This document shows, piece by piece, positions 54,921-63,438 of a stretch of 64,000 nt of DNA. Source of the stretch: Bacteroidota bacterium (GTDB lineage: Bacteria > Bacteroidota > Bacteroidia > Bacteroidales > FEN-979); NCBI GenBank assembly GCA_037133475.1, contig JBAXOB010000002.1:132121-196120 (forward strand), written 5' to 3'. The stretch's first letter is position 1. Every line of letters starts with the position of its first letter. Position numbers and translations under genes: made by a program. The notes under the pieces were generated by a model. That model ran no database searches. It was not told the origin of the DNA and saw only the letters and a list, made by a program, of their open reading frames with translations.

Positions 54921-57218
54921 ATGGCTATCACATCTGCGCTGTTGCTGGCGGTCATCCTACTGGCTGCCATTTTTGTTATTATCTTTCTCTACAGTTCAAT
55001 CCTGATTGTAGGGGGTAAGGAGATCAACGTGCTGGAACGCCGCTGGTTCGGCAAGGAGATGCCGAAGGACCGTGTCTTTGCCATGAGCAACGAGATCGGT
55101 GTCCAGGCCCGTACCAAGGGGCCGGGGCTGTACCTGCTGATCCCCTTTATCTACAAGACCCGGAAACAGGAATTCACGGTCATCGGCAAGGATGAGATCG
55201 GTGTGGTGATCTCGGTCGACGGGAATCCCGTGCCATCGGGCAAGATCTTCGCCAGGACGGTCGACTGCAACCTGTTCCAGGATGGCGAATTGTTCCTTAA
55301 AAACGGCGGGGAAAAGGGCACCCAGATCCAGTTCCTGCCGCCGGGGATCTACCGTATTCACCCCTTTCTTTTTAATGTCAGGATCGAGCCTGTAACCATC
55401 ATCGGCGAGAACCAGATCGGGATCGTGGAATCGATCGACGGGGCGCCGATTCCCCCGGGCCGCATCTTCGGGAAGGTTGTTGCCTGCGATCTTTACCAGG
55501 ACGGCGAGGCATTTCTGAAAAACGGAGGGGAAAAGGGGCCGCAGATCAGGACCCTGCCTCCGGGCAACTACCGTATCAACCCTCTGCTGTTCAAGGTAAA
55601 AACAGTAAATGTTACGGTGATCGACAAGGGCCAGATCGGGATCGTCACCTCCCAGGATGGCAAACAGATCAGCGGAGGGCGCCTGCTGGCGAGAACCGTT
55701 GAAGGACATAATAATTACGAGGACGGGGAAGCCTTTTTAAACAACAACGGCGAAAAAGGGCCCCAGGTTTCCATCCTGCTGCCCGGAAAATACCGTGTCA
55801 ATACCGACCTTTTCAGGGTTGAGATCAAGGAGACCATCATCATCCCCGACCAGAAGGTGGGGATCGTGGTTGCCAGGGACGGCCAGCCCCTTCCCGAAAC
55901 CGAATTTGTAGCCAAGCCCATCCCCGGCCACAATAATTTCCAGGATGTCACCAGATTCCTCGAAAACGGCGGCCAGCGCGGCCCGCAGTTCGACGTGCTG
56001 AAACCCGGAACCTATTACATCAATTCGCTGATGTTCAGCGTCGAACTCGACAATGTGGCCGTGGTTGAGCGCGGCCAGGTGGCCGTAGTGGTGTCGAATG
56101 TCGGCATGGAGCCGCCCCATATCCACGAGATCGCCAAAAAGGTGGCTGAGGCGGAAATCACCGATATAACGCCCGAGGTGACCACCGACGAGTCAAAAAA
56201 CGCTGAAACGCGCATCGACGTGGGTATTGAACGATATGTCGTACCAAAAGGATACCGAGGTATCCAGCAGGAGGTGGCCGGACCCGGCATCTATTACCTC
56301 AACCGCCGCGCCTACATCGCTTATATTGTGGATACCACCAACATCACCATCGACTGGGATGAGGCCCAGGAAACTCGGTTTGACCCGTTGAAGGTCGTTT
56401 CGCACGACGGTTTTGAGATCAGCGTATCGGTGAAGGTCGTCATCCGGGTCCGTCCCGACCAGGCGCCTTACATGGTTGCCAAGATCGGTTCGATCCAGAA
56501 CCTGATCGAGCATGTGATCCACCCCATGATCGATTCGAGTTTCCGGAACCAGGCATCGGCGACCTCGGCCATGAACTTTATGCAAAACCGCCACGAAGAG
56601 CAGCAGAAGGCCGAAGACCGCGCACGCAGGGAGCTTGAGAAGTACCACGTTGAGCTGGTTTCGGTGCTGATCTGCCAGATCCAGCTTCCCGAGAACCTGA
56701 TGAAAACCCAGACGGAACGCATCATCGCGCAGCAGGAGCAGGCGATGTACGTGGAGCAGCAGAAGGCGCAGCAAACCCGTATCGCCATGGCCAAAACCAC
56801 GGCCGAAGCCGACAAGCAGGTTGACCTGGTGCAGTCGGAAATCGAGGTAAAGATTGCGGAGAACCGCAAGCAGAAAGCCATCAAGGAGGCCGAAGGCAAG
56901 GGTGAATCGACAAGGCTTGAAAAGGCGGGCGAGGCATCGGGTATTGAGTCGATCGGCAAGGCCAAGGGGGTGGCTATCCTCGCGGAGGGCACCGCCACGG
57001 CGGAGGCTTACGAGAAACAACGCCAGGCGATCGGCCAGGAGGGGGTTATTGCCGTGCAGGTTGCCGAGAAGCTGGCCACCGGCAATGTCAAGGTGGTTCC
57101 CGACACCCTGGTTACCAGCGGCGACGGGGGAAGCGGCGGACTAGGCCAGCTCCTGGGCGCCTTCCTGACAAAAAAGATCGTGGAGCCGGCCGAGAAGAAA
57201 AACCAGACATCCGTTTAA
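54921..57218 (+). CDS. SPFH/band-7 (flotillin-like) membrane protein with four N-terminal ~73-aa tandem repeats
   Basis: 765 aa. N-terminal TM. Repeats at aa 85-378 ('IG.dqIGiV.s.DG.P.P.g.i.a..V....fqDGE.FLkNGGEKGpQ...LpPG.YRINP.LF.V'). SPFH core ('FEISVSVKVVIRV...', 'VELVSVLICQIQLPE'). Long Ala/Glu/Gln/Lys coiled coil. Confidence 0.85.
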   Translation: MAITSALLLAVILLAAIFVIIFLYSSILIVGGKEINVLERRWFGKEMPKDRVFAMSNEIGVQARTKGPGLYLLIPFIYKTRKQEFTVIGKDEIGVVISVDGNPVPSGKIFARTVDCNLFQDGELFLKNGGEKGTQIQFLPPGIYRIHPFLFNVRIEPVTIIGENQIGIVESIDGAPIPPGRIFGKVVACDLYQDGEAFLKNGGEKGPQIRTLPPGNYRINPLLFKVKTVNVTVIDKGQIGIVTSQDGKQISGGRLLARTVEGHNNYEDGEAFLNNNGEKGPQVSILLPGKYRVNTDLFRVEIKETIIIPDQKVGIVVARDGQPLPETEFVAKPIPGHNNFQDVTRFLENGGQRGPQFDVLKPGTYYINSLMFSVELDNVAVVERGQVAVVVSNVGMEPPHIHEIAKKVAEAEITDITPEVTTDESKNAETRIDVGIERYVVPKGYRGIQQEVAGPGIYYLNRRAYIAYIVDTTNITIDWDEAQETRFDPLKVVSHDGFEISVSVKVVIRVRPDQAPYMVAKIGSIQNLIEHVIHPMIDSSFRNQASATSAMNFMQNRHEEQQKAEDRARRELEKYHVELVSVLICQIQLPENLMKTQTERIIAQQEQAMYVEQQKAQQTRIAMAKTTAEADKQVDLVQSEIEVKIAENRKQKAIKEAEGKGESTRLEKAGEASGIESIGKAKGVAILAEGTATAEAYEKQRQAIGQEGVIAVQVAEKLATGNVKVVPDTLVTSGDGGSGGLGQLLGAFLTKKIVEPAEKKNQTSV

Positions 57219-57222
57219 CGAA

Positions 57223-57642
57223 ATGGCAGGCTACCAAAAGAAGAGACAATTCCTGAACACGCCGAAATTCCCGGGTGGCAGCGAGGCTTTCAAGGCATTT
57301 ATCGCCGAAAACGTTCAATACCCCCAGGCTGCGCTGGCAGCTGGCGTTGAAGGTTCCGTCGTTGTCGAATACGACATCCTTGACACCGGGGAGGTGAAAA
57401 ACCCGCATATCCTCAAGGGTTTGGGCCATGGCTGCGACGAGGAGGCCCTCCGGGTGATCGGGCTGCTGCAGTTCGAGCGGGTTAAAAACAGGGGGCTGAG
57501 GGTGAAGATGACCACCAAAACCAGTATCAACTTCAAACTGCCCGGTGGAATCAGGTTCACCTATACGGAAACTGCCGCGAAGGCACCGGAGGCGCCGGAG
57601 GAGCAGAAGCAGGTGATCTATGAGTATACGGTAAATCTTTAG
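57223..57642 (+). CDS. TonB C-terminal-domain protein lacking TM and Pro-rich regions
   Basis: 139 aa. 'PKFPGGSEAFKAFIAENVQYPQAALAAGVEGSVVVEYDILDTGEVKNPHILKGLGHGCDEEALRVI' is a TonB_C fold. No hydrophobic N-terminus. Starts 4 nt after the SPFH stop. Confidence 0.72.
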   Translation: MAGYQKKRQFLNTPKFPGGSEAFKAFIAENVQYPQAALAAGVEGSVVVEYDILDTGEVKNPHILKGLGHGCDEEALRVIGLLQFERVKNRGLRVKMTTKTSINFKLPGGIRFTYTETAAKAPEAPEEQKQVIYEYTVNL

Positions 57643-57700
57643 CCCGTGGATTTGTAAACCAACGGGCTGGCAAAAGGGCAACCCGGGTTTGAAAAATGTG

Positions 57701-57708
57701 TAATTTTG
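57701..57708 (+). promoter_or_regulatory. -7 promoter box (taattttg)
   Basis: TAnnTTTG match 25 nt upstream of ATG 57734. Confidence 0.4.
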
Positions 57709-57733
57709 CGGTTCTAAAAACAAACCCATAAAG

Positions 57734-58672
57734 ATGAAGGTGATCCGGATCATTCCTGTTTTTTTCCTGTTGCTGTTTCTGAGTGTTGCACTTCCCTCCC
57801 ATGCCCAGAAAAGGGAGCCGCAGAAAAATGTCAAGGCCAAGATGAAAAACGGCAAGGAGGACCCGTGGGCCGATTACCAGGAGGAGAAGGATTCGATAAG
57901 CCGGTGGGCTTTCGGGATCAATTTCGGCGGGTATTTCCCCAATAAATACTCGGCAAACTATTATAACGGCACTCCCGGGAATGTCAATACGCTGGATTAC
58001 ATCATGACCAACATCTGGTGGTACCGTGAGATCAAGCTGGCCCTGAATGCCGCCGACACGGTGGTCGTGCTGGGTTATCCCACCAACATGCATTACCAGG
58101 TTGCCATAACGGCAGGTATCTTCCTCAGGTACAATATAAGCAGGAAAAGCGGGATATTTCTGCAGGCCGACTACGTCCTGCTGAAGGCCGAGGATGTGGT
58201 TACCATGCAGGTCGACCCGAAAAACTATCTTGTCCTCCCCGATATCCGCCAGATCCCGATCGCCGGCCGCGAGGAACGGGCTATTCTTGACCTGGGCTAC
58301 CAACGGTCATTCCCGTTGAAGTCAAAGATCTACTTTTTTGTAAACGGGGGGGTGCTCATGTGCTATACCCATGTCAAAAAAACAGTGCTCTCCGTGAATG
58401 GCAAAGAATACAACCTGATCAATATCTATGGATCCCAGGGATACCAGCAGGGGGTCAATAACCAGGAGCTCAGCACCACCCAGTATGGCATCGGCTTCGG
58501 CGGCATCCTGGGCGGAGGAGTGGGCATGCCGGTATCCGACAAATTTGGCCTTGAACCGGGGGTGAGCGTACAGTACTACCCTGTGAACCTTTCGGGATAC
58601 CCTGCCTTCAAACCCTGCTTCAGCATCTATTTAAGGATCCTGCTGGGATTCAGCCACGGGAAGGTGGCATAA
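57734..58672 (+). CDS. hypothetical outer-membrane beta-barrel-like protein
   Basis: 312 aa. Signal peptide 'FFLLLFLSVALPSHAQ', then alternating aromatic/Gly beta-strand pattern ('WAFGINFGGYF', 'YGIGFGGILGGGVGM', 'FSIYLRILLGF'). Confidence 0.6.
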   Translation: MKVIRIIPVFFLLLFLSVALPSHAQKREPQKNVKAKMKNGKEDPWADYQEEKDSISRWAFGINFGGYFPNKYSANYYNGTPGNVNTLDYIMTNIWWYREIKLALNAADTVVVLGYPTNMHYQVAITAGIFLRYNISRKSGIFLQADYVLLKAEDVVTMQVDPKNYLVLPDIRQIPIAGREERAILDLGYQRSFPLKSKIYFFVNGGVLMCYTHVKKTVLSVNGKEYNLINIYGSQGYQQGVNNQELSTTQYGIGFGGILGGGVGMPVSDKFGLEPGVSVQYYPVNLSGYPAFKPCFSIYLRILLGFSHGKVA

Positions 58673-58701
58673 ACACCGGTACCAACTATCAGTTTATGTG
58701 A

Positions 58702-59337
58702 TTAGCGGATGTCGCCGAGATAAACCTTCCAGATCCTGAGGGTATCCTTCCCGAATATTTTGCTGTGTTTGCATACATAGATATCCACCTCCCTTTCATC
58801 ACATTTTCCGGGAATTTCCCTGCCTTCAATCTGTTTGCCATGCAGGCAAAAGGCCAGTTTTCCCGAACACAGGGTGTCGCTTTCCTGGTGTAGCGCCTGT
58901 TTCACCCTTACTGAATCGAAGGTCAGCGGGGCGATTCCAGCCCTGTTTTTATTTATAATCCCAAGAAAAGTTTCCAGATCGCAGCCTTTCCGGCCCCGGA
59001 GGAGGGAAAGGGGAAGCTCTATATGTGCATCAGGGATAAACAAACCCCCGATCAGCTCACAGGTTTTGCTTTTAAAGGCCTGATCCGCCGTGGTATCCGA
59101 GATTATCTTAAAATAATCGGAAAGGTCTGAGAGTTTATACTTTGCCGTGTTTTCGAATGCCTTGAGAGAGGCCTGTGATAAACTGTCGGAAGAAAAAACG
59201 GAGGCTATGCTGTCGTGAGCCTTGTGTTCACGGGCCATCTCCAGCGCCGCTTCATCCGATTTCGCTTCATTGCAGCTCTTCCCGCAGGTGACCAGGTAGA
59301 CCAGGATGATGGCCGATAACTGAAAGATCCGTTTCAT
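58702..59337 (-). CDS. hypothetical lipoprotein (211 aa)
   Basis: Signal/lipobox 'VYLVTCG'. 4-nt overlap with the upstream gene. No recognised domain. Confidence 0.6.
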   Translation of the reverse strand: MKRIFQLSAIILVYLVTCGKSCNEAKSDEAALEMAREHKAHDSIASVFSSDSLSQASLKAFENTAKYKLSDLSDYFKIISDTTADQAFKSKTCELIGGLFIPDAHIELPLSLLRGRKGCDLETFLGIINKNRAGIAPLTFDSVRVKQALHQESDTLCSGKLAFCLHGKQIEGREIPGKCDEREVDIYVCKHSKIFGKDTLRIWKVYLGDIR

Positions 59338-60269
59338 TTAGTGGCTTTTTTAACCCTGAATTTGAGTACCGAGATTTTTTCCTCCCTGAGCCGGGTTTCG
59401 AGGATCTCTATATTTTTCAGGCTGCCGGTCGGGATCGTGAGCTTATCGATAAATTCCCGTTTGTTCAGCAACTCCATGCCGGTGGCCTCCCTGTCGTGAT
59501 AAACCTGGTAAATCAGGGCATCTTCACAGATAATAATCTCCAGCCGGCTCCTGCGCTTTTCCCAGTCGGCAACCTTCATCTCCGAAAAGAGGTGGATCAT
59601 CAGGGCATAATCATTGGGGTGGAGGCTGATGACCTCGTGATGACCCAGCTTGGTTAACACACGGGTGATGGTGTCGGTTTTGTAATAGGGTGAAGAAACC
59701 ACCATGCGGATCCTGCTTTTATCCGTTTTCAGCTGAAAGCAACCCCCGGGGCTGCAGTAACTGGTAACCGGCGACTCATTCTCCAGCAGCAGCCTGATTT
59801 CAACCTTGCCGTTGGTTACCGGCTCCCGGGTGTCGGCATCAAAAAAACAAAACTGGTACTCCTGGGTGTTAAAGAGCCTGAAAAGCCCATAGAAAGCACA
59901 CAGCACGACCACCACCAACAGGGGGATGATTATGAAATAACGGTCGGCCGATGTTGCCGGGGGGGCAGCAGGAAGGATCTCCCGGTTCTGATAAATAAAA
60001 TCGTCCCAGTTTGTATACCCGGCAAACCTGCTTAAAAAATTCAGCATGTCGATCCTCGGCAGCGAGTCGCGGGTTGCCTTCATATGGGTATAAAACCACT
60101 TCTCGCTGATGTTCGCATTGACCCTGCGCAGCAACTCCTCCTGGAAGTCGGTAATCTCCTGTCCCTTCCAGTCGGCAATGGATGGATTGATCCCCGGGTA
60201 AGACTGTTTCATGGTCTCCACGATCTTCATTTTCAACATCTCAAAATATTTCTGATCGTTTCGCGACAA
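59334..60269 (-). CDS. hypothetical single-pass membrane protein (311 aa)
   Basis: Cytoplasmic N-domain, TM 'YFIIIPLLVVVVLCAFYGLF', then an extracytoplasmic C-domain. No recognised domain. Confidence 0.6.
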   Translation of the reverse strand: MSRNDQKYFEMLKMKIVETMKQSYPGINPSIADWKGQEITDFQEELLRRVNANISEKWFYTHMKATRDSLPRIDMLNFLSRFAGYTNWDDFIYQNREILPAAPPATSADRYFIIIPLLVVVVLCAFYGLFRLFNTQEYQFCFFDADTREPVTNGKVEIRLLLENESPVTSYCSPGGCFQLKTDKSRIRMVVSSPYYKTDTITRVLTKLGHHEVISLHPNDYALMIHLFSEMKVADWEKRRSRLEIIICEDALIYQVYHDREATGMELLNKREFIDKLTIPTGSLKNIEILETRLREEKISVLKFRVKKATK

Positions 60270-60303
60270 AGTTGATGGTTTTTTGTTTTTCCTGCTGGCA
60301 GAA

Positions 60304-60337
60304 CCCTTGTAAAGAGTTTACAAACGTTTTACAAGGT
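60304..60337. promoter_or_regulatory. operator-like inverted repeat (cccttgtaaa-N14-tttacaagg, with an internal third TTTACAA half-site)
   Basis: A perfect 9-bp inverted repeat in the divergent intergenic region between 60269(-) and 60462(+). Three TTGTAAA/TTTACAA half-sites. Confidence 0.4.
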
Positions 60338-60461
60338 TGTTTCAACCCATCACCGGCAGGGCTGGCCTACTTTCGCAACCAGGTTCTCAACCGGGAATCA
60401 TCCCCAAATTTATAAAAAAGAAGATCATATATTCATCAATTTAAAAAAAGGAGGCGTTACA

Positions 60462-61043
60462 ATGAACAGAAAAATTACTGCAATTTACAGCATCGCCCGA
60501 ATCGTATTCCTGGCTATCGCCATGGTTGCATCGGCCGAAAGTTTTGCCCAGAAAAAGACCGCTGCAATGCGCATCGGCACCTTTGATTCCAGGATCATCA
60601 CCTTTGCCTGGTCCAGAACTGACTTTTTAAAACAACAAATGATCAGGATCAGCCAGCAGAGTGATTCGGCAACAAAGGCCCATGATACTGCCAAGCTGAA
60701 GGAGGTTTCGGTCGGAGCCATATCGTTCCAGCACCTGCTTCACCTGATGGTTTTCAGCAACGGATCTGCTGCCTGGATCATGTCGCTGATCAAAGACAAA
60801 CTCCCCGAACTGGCCCGTGCTGAAGGGGTAAGCGTGATCCTCAGCAAATGGGAAGTGACCTTCAGCGATCCATCGGTCGAGATCGTTGATCTTACCGCCA
60901 AGGTAGCCCAGCTGTTCAACCCCGGTGAAAACATCGACAAAATGGCGGCGGAGATAAGCAAACAGGAACCGATTCCCCTGCGGGAGTTTTCCATTGAAAA
61001 TGAGATGCTCGACGGGTATTGCGCCCGATTTGGCAAAAAATAA
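60462..61043 (+). CDS. hypothetical secreted protein (193 aa)
   Basis: Signal peptide 'VFLAIAMVASAESFAQ'. AAGGAGG Shine-Dalgarno-like sequence 7 nt upstream. No recognised domain. Confidence 0.6.
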   Translation: MNRKITAIYSIARIVFLAIAMVASAESFAQKKTAAMRIGTFDSRIITFAWSRTDFLKQQMIRISQQSDSATKAHDTAKLKEVSVGAISFQHLLHLMVFSNGSAAWIMSLIKDKLPELARAEGVSVILSKWEVTFSDPSVEIVDLTAKVAQLFNPGENIDKMAAEISKQEPIPLREFSIENEMLDGYCARFGKK

Positions 61044-61046
61044 TAT

Positions 61047-61054
61047 TATCTTTG
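61047..61054 (+). promoter_or_regulatory. -7 promoter box (tatctttg)
   Basis: TAnnTTTG match 21 nt upstream of ATG 61076. This supports the shorter start for the next gene. Confidence 0.4.
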
Positions 61055-61075
61055 ATAACCCAAAAAAAACAGATT

Positions 61076-61480
61076 ATGATAGAACATGTTCATACCCACA
61101 TTACATCGGAGTTGCAGCAAAACACACGCACCGACACCATCTTCATCCTTACCTCCATCCTGTTGAACCTGATCACCCTGGCAATCAATTCGGGGATGGC
61201 GGAAAAATCGCGGACCGGGAATGCCACCCTGGCCGTAATGTTTATGTTTGTGCTCCTGCTCGTCCTGGTTAACATCGTGGTCATCATCGGGCTTCTGAAA
61301 GGAAGGCAAACCAGAACCAAACTGGTAAAGGGGCTCATCTCCATGTACAAGGATCAGAATGTTGACAAATATTACGACGAATCATTGCTTGTCAACTACA
61401 ATGTCAGGTACAACCTGTTCATCATGGTGGTGATCTGCACCGGCGTAATCGCAACCGTGGTGCCCTTTATCCTGCGATAA
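61076..61480 (+). CDS. hypothetical membrane protein (134 aa, 3 TM)
   Basis: 'MIEHVHTHITSELQQN...' followed by three hydrophobic helices. The internal ATG of track ORF 61019 was chosen from the promoter position. Confidence 0.55.
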   Translation: MIEHVHTHITSELQQNTRTDTIFILTSILLNLITLAINSGMAEKSRTGNATLAVMFMFVLLLVLVNIVVIIGLLKGRQTRTKLVKGLISMYKDQNVDKYYDESLLVNYNVRYNLFIMVVICTGVIATVVPFILR

Positions 61481-61488
61481 GCATTTTT

Positions 61489-61540
61489 ATCCGCCAGGCA
61501 ATTTGTATCATCTGCTGATTTGCCTGGCGGATATTTTTTT
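61489..61540 (+). terminator. rho-independent terminator
   Basis: atccgccaggcaa / ttgcctggcggat is a perfect 13-bp stem with an 18-nt loop, followed by attttttt. Confidence 0.8.
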
Positions 61541-61567
61541 CAGTGACCCCTTAAAAAAAAATCCTCT

Positions 61568-61960
61568 ATGAAAACATCCATAAAGATCATCCATTGGGCC
61601 CCACGGATTTTATGCATCCTGGCCATCCTTTTAATCAGTATGTTTGCCCTCGACGCGTTCGATGAGCGCAGAACAATCTGGCAACAGCTGGAGGCCTTTG
61701 CCATTCACCTGATTCCCACCTATGTCCTGGTACTTTTCCTGGTGATCGCCTGGAAATGGGAACTGATCGGCGGTTCCATCCTGATCATACTGGCTCTGGG
61801 TCTTACACCCTTTATTTACAGCCATAATTACAACATGAACCATTCGGTGGGGTGGAGCCTTTTTATCATCATGATGATCAATTTTCCCTTTATCCTAACC
61901 GGGGGACTTTTTATTATCAGTCACTTTATGAAGTTAAAGAACCGGCCGGCCGCATTATAA
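61568..61960 (+). CDS. hypothetical membrane protein (130 aa, 4 TM)
   Basis: Four hydrophobic helices. No recognised motif. Confidence 0.6.
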   Translation: MKTSIKIIHWAPRILCILAILLISMFALDAFDERRTIWQQLEAFAIHLIPTYVLVLFLVIAWKWELIGGSILIILALGLTPFIYSHNYNMNHSVGWSLFIIMMINFPFILTGGLFIISHFMKLKNRPAAL

Positions 61961-62163
61961 AACCATTTTTAATACCGGCGGGCAATCATCCTGGTTCTGC
62001 CCGTTATTCCTGCAGCAAAGCCATTTGCTGCAGGATCGGTTTTTTCCTTCTGCCTTGCATTAATAGCTGGATTTTTTTTCATTCGGAAATAATTACTAAT
62101 TTTATGCATTATTCCCCTGTTTTCATACTGAAAAATCGCGTTTAATACTAAAAACCAACCCCG

Positions 62164-63408
62164 ATGAAAAAGAACCTGTTTCTTTTGATGATAGCCCTGT
62201 CAGCAGGCTGCGGCTTGATTTTCGCACAGAATTCCACCGTGAAAATGCCCTTTATGGTAAACATTGAAGGCGGGACCTTCAAGATGGGCAACAATGCCGG
62301 GAATACGGATGAGAAACCGGTTCATACCGTCACCCTCAACAGCTTTTCACTGGGTAAATACGAAGTCACCTTTGGCGAATTTAAAAAGTTCATCGATGCC
62401 ACCGGCTATAAAACCGATGCAGAACAAACGGATTCATCGCGTCACAAGCATGGTTTACCCCCCAGGGGCGTATATAATGGAACCTGGAACAAAACGATGC
62501 AGGGAAAACCCCTGCCCCTCTCCGATTCGCTGAAACCTGTCGGGAATGTCAGCTGGAATGACGCCATGGAATATTGCAAATGGCTGAGTTCCGTTACCGG
62601 GAAGAATTTCAGGCTTCCGACCGAGGCGGAGTGGGAATATGCCGCTTCGGGAGGCGTTAAAAGCAAACATTACAAATTTGCCGGCAGCAACAACCTCAAT
62701 GAAGTTGCCTGGTATCTGCAGAATTCTGACAGAAAAGCGCATGTTGTAGGGCAAAAGATGGCCAATGAGCTGGATTTATATGATATGGCCGGTAATCACC
62801 GCGAGTGGTGTTCCAACTGGTACGGCGAACATTATTATACAACGAGCCCCGAGGAGAATCCTGCCGGACCCGATATGGGCACCAACCGCGTATTGCGCGG
62901 AGGTTCGTGGGGCAGCAATGCTGACCGTATGAGGTTCACCTACCGTAACAAGGATCTCCCCTATAACAGTGCGCTTGATTTCGGTTTCAGGGTCGCCATA
63001 TCCGGCGAACCGGTTGTGAAAAAGGTGGCTCCGCAGACCGAAAACAACCTGATGAAAGATCTTGATACCAAAGGTTTCATCGATATTTACGGGATCAATT
63101 TCGATATCGGCAAGGCCGTGGTAAAAGCTGAAAGCTACCCGGTGATCGACCAGATCGTAAGCTACCTGAAGGAAAGCCCCAAGGTCAGGATCATGATCGA
63201 AGGTCACACCGACAATACCGGGAAAGATGCGTTAAACCTCTCCTTGTCCGATAAAAGAGCGCTGAGCATCAAAGCCGAAATTGTAAACCGCGGAATCGAT
63301 GCCGGCAGGCTGGAAACCAAGGGTTTCGGCGCTTCAAAGCCGATTGCCGACAATAAAACCGCCGCAGGCAGAACCCAGAACCGCAGGGTCACCATCAAAA
63401 AACTGTAA
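62164..63408 (+). CDS. lipoprotein fusing a formylglycine-generating-enzyme (SUMF1/FGE-sulfatase) family domain to an OmpA C-terminal peptidoglycan-binding domain
   Basis: 414 aa. Lipobox 'LSAGC'. FGE-family motifs 'GGTFKMGN', 'HTVTLNSFSLGKYEVT', 'RLPTEAEWEYAA', 'RVLRGGSW', 'FGFRVA'. OmpA_C 'IEGHTDNTG...NLSLSDKRA...GFGASKPIADN...NRRVTI'. Confidence 0.85.
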   Translation: MKKNLFLLMIALSAGCGLIFAQNSTVKMPFMVNIEGGTFKMGNNAGNTDEKPVHTVTLNSFSLGKYEVTFGEFKKFIDATGYKTDAEQTDSSRHKHGLPPRGVYNGTWNKTMQGKPLPLSDSLKPVGNVSWNDAMEYCKWLSSVTGKNFRLPTEAEWEYAASGGVKSKHYKFAGSNNLNEVAWYLQNSDRKAHVVGQKMANELDLYDMAGNHREWCSNWYGEHYYTTSPEENPAGPDMGTNRVLRGGSWGSNADRMRFTYRNKDLPYNSALDFGFRVAISGEPVVKKVAPQTENNLMKDLDTKGFIDIYGINFDIGKAVVKAESYPVIDQIVSYLKESPKVRIMIEGHTDNTGKDALNLSLSDKRALSIKAEIVNRGIDAGRLETKGFGASKPIADNKTAAGRTQNRRVTIKKL

Positions 63409-63438
63409 TGGTTTTAGGGAAAGGGATGCTATAACGGT

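Noticed and set aside
57641-57670. Hairpin after the TonB-C gene (agcccgtgg...ccaacgggct) as a terminator.
   Set aside because: The stem is imperfect and no T-tract follows. Evidence is insufficient to call it, although it may still attenuate read-through into 57734.
57112-58303. Minus-strand ORFs 57112..57855 (247 aa) and 57557..58303 (248 aa).
   Set aside because: They overlap the TonB-C gene and the signal-peptide-bearing 57734..58672 gene on the plus strand, cross a plus-strand promoter box, and have shadow-frame composition with no motifs.
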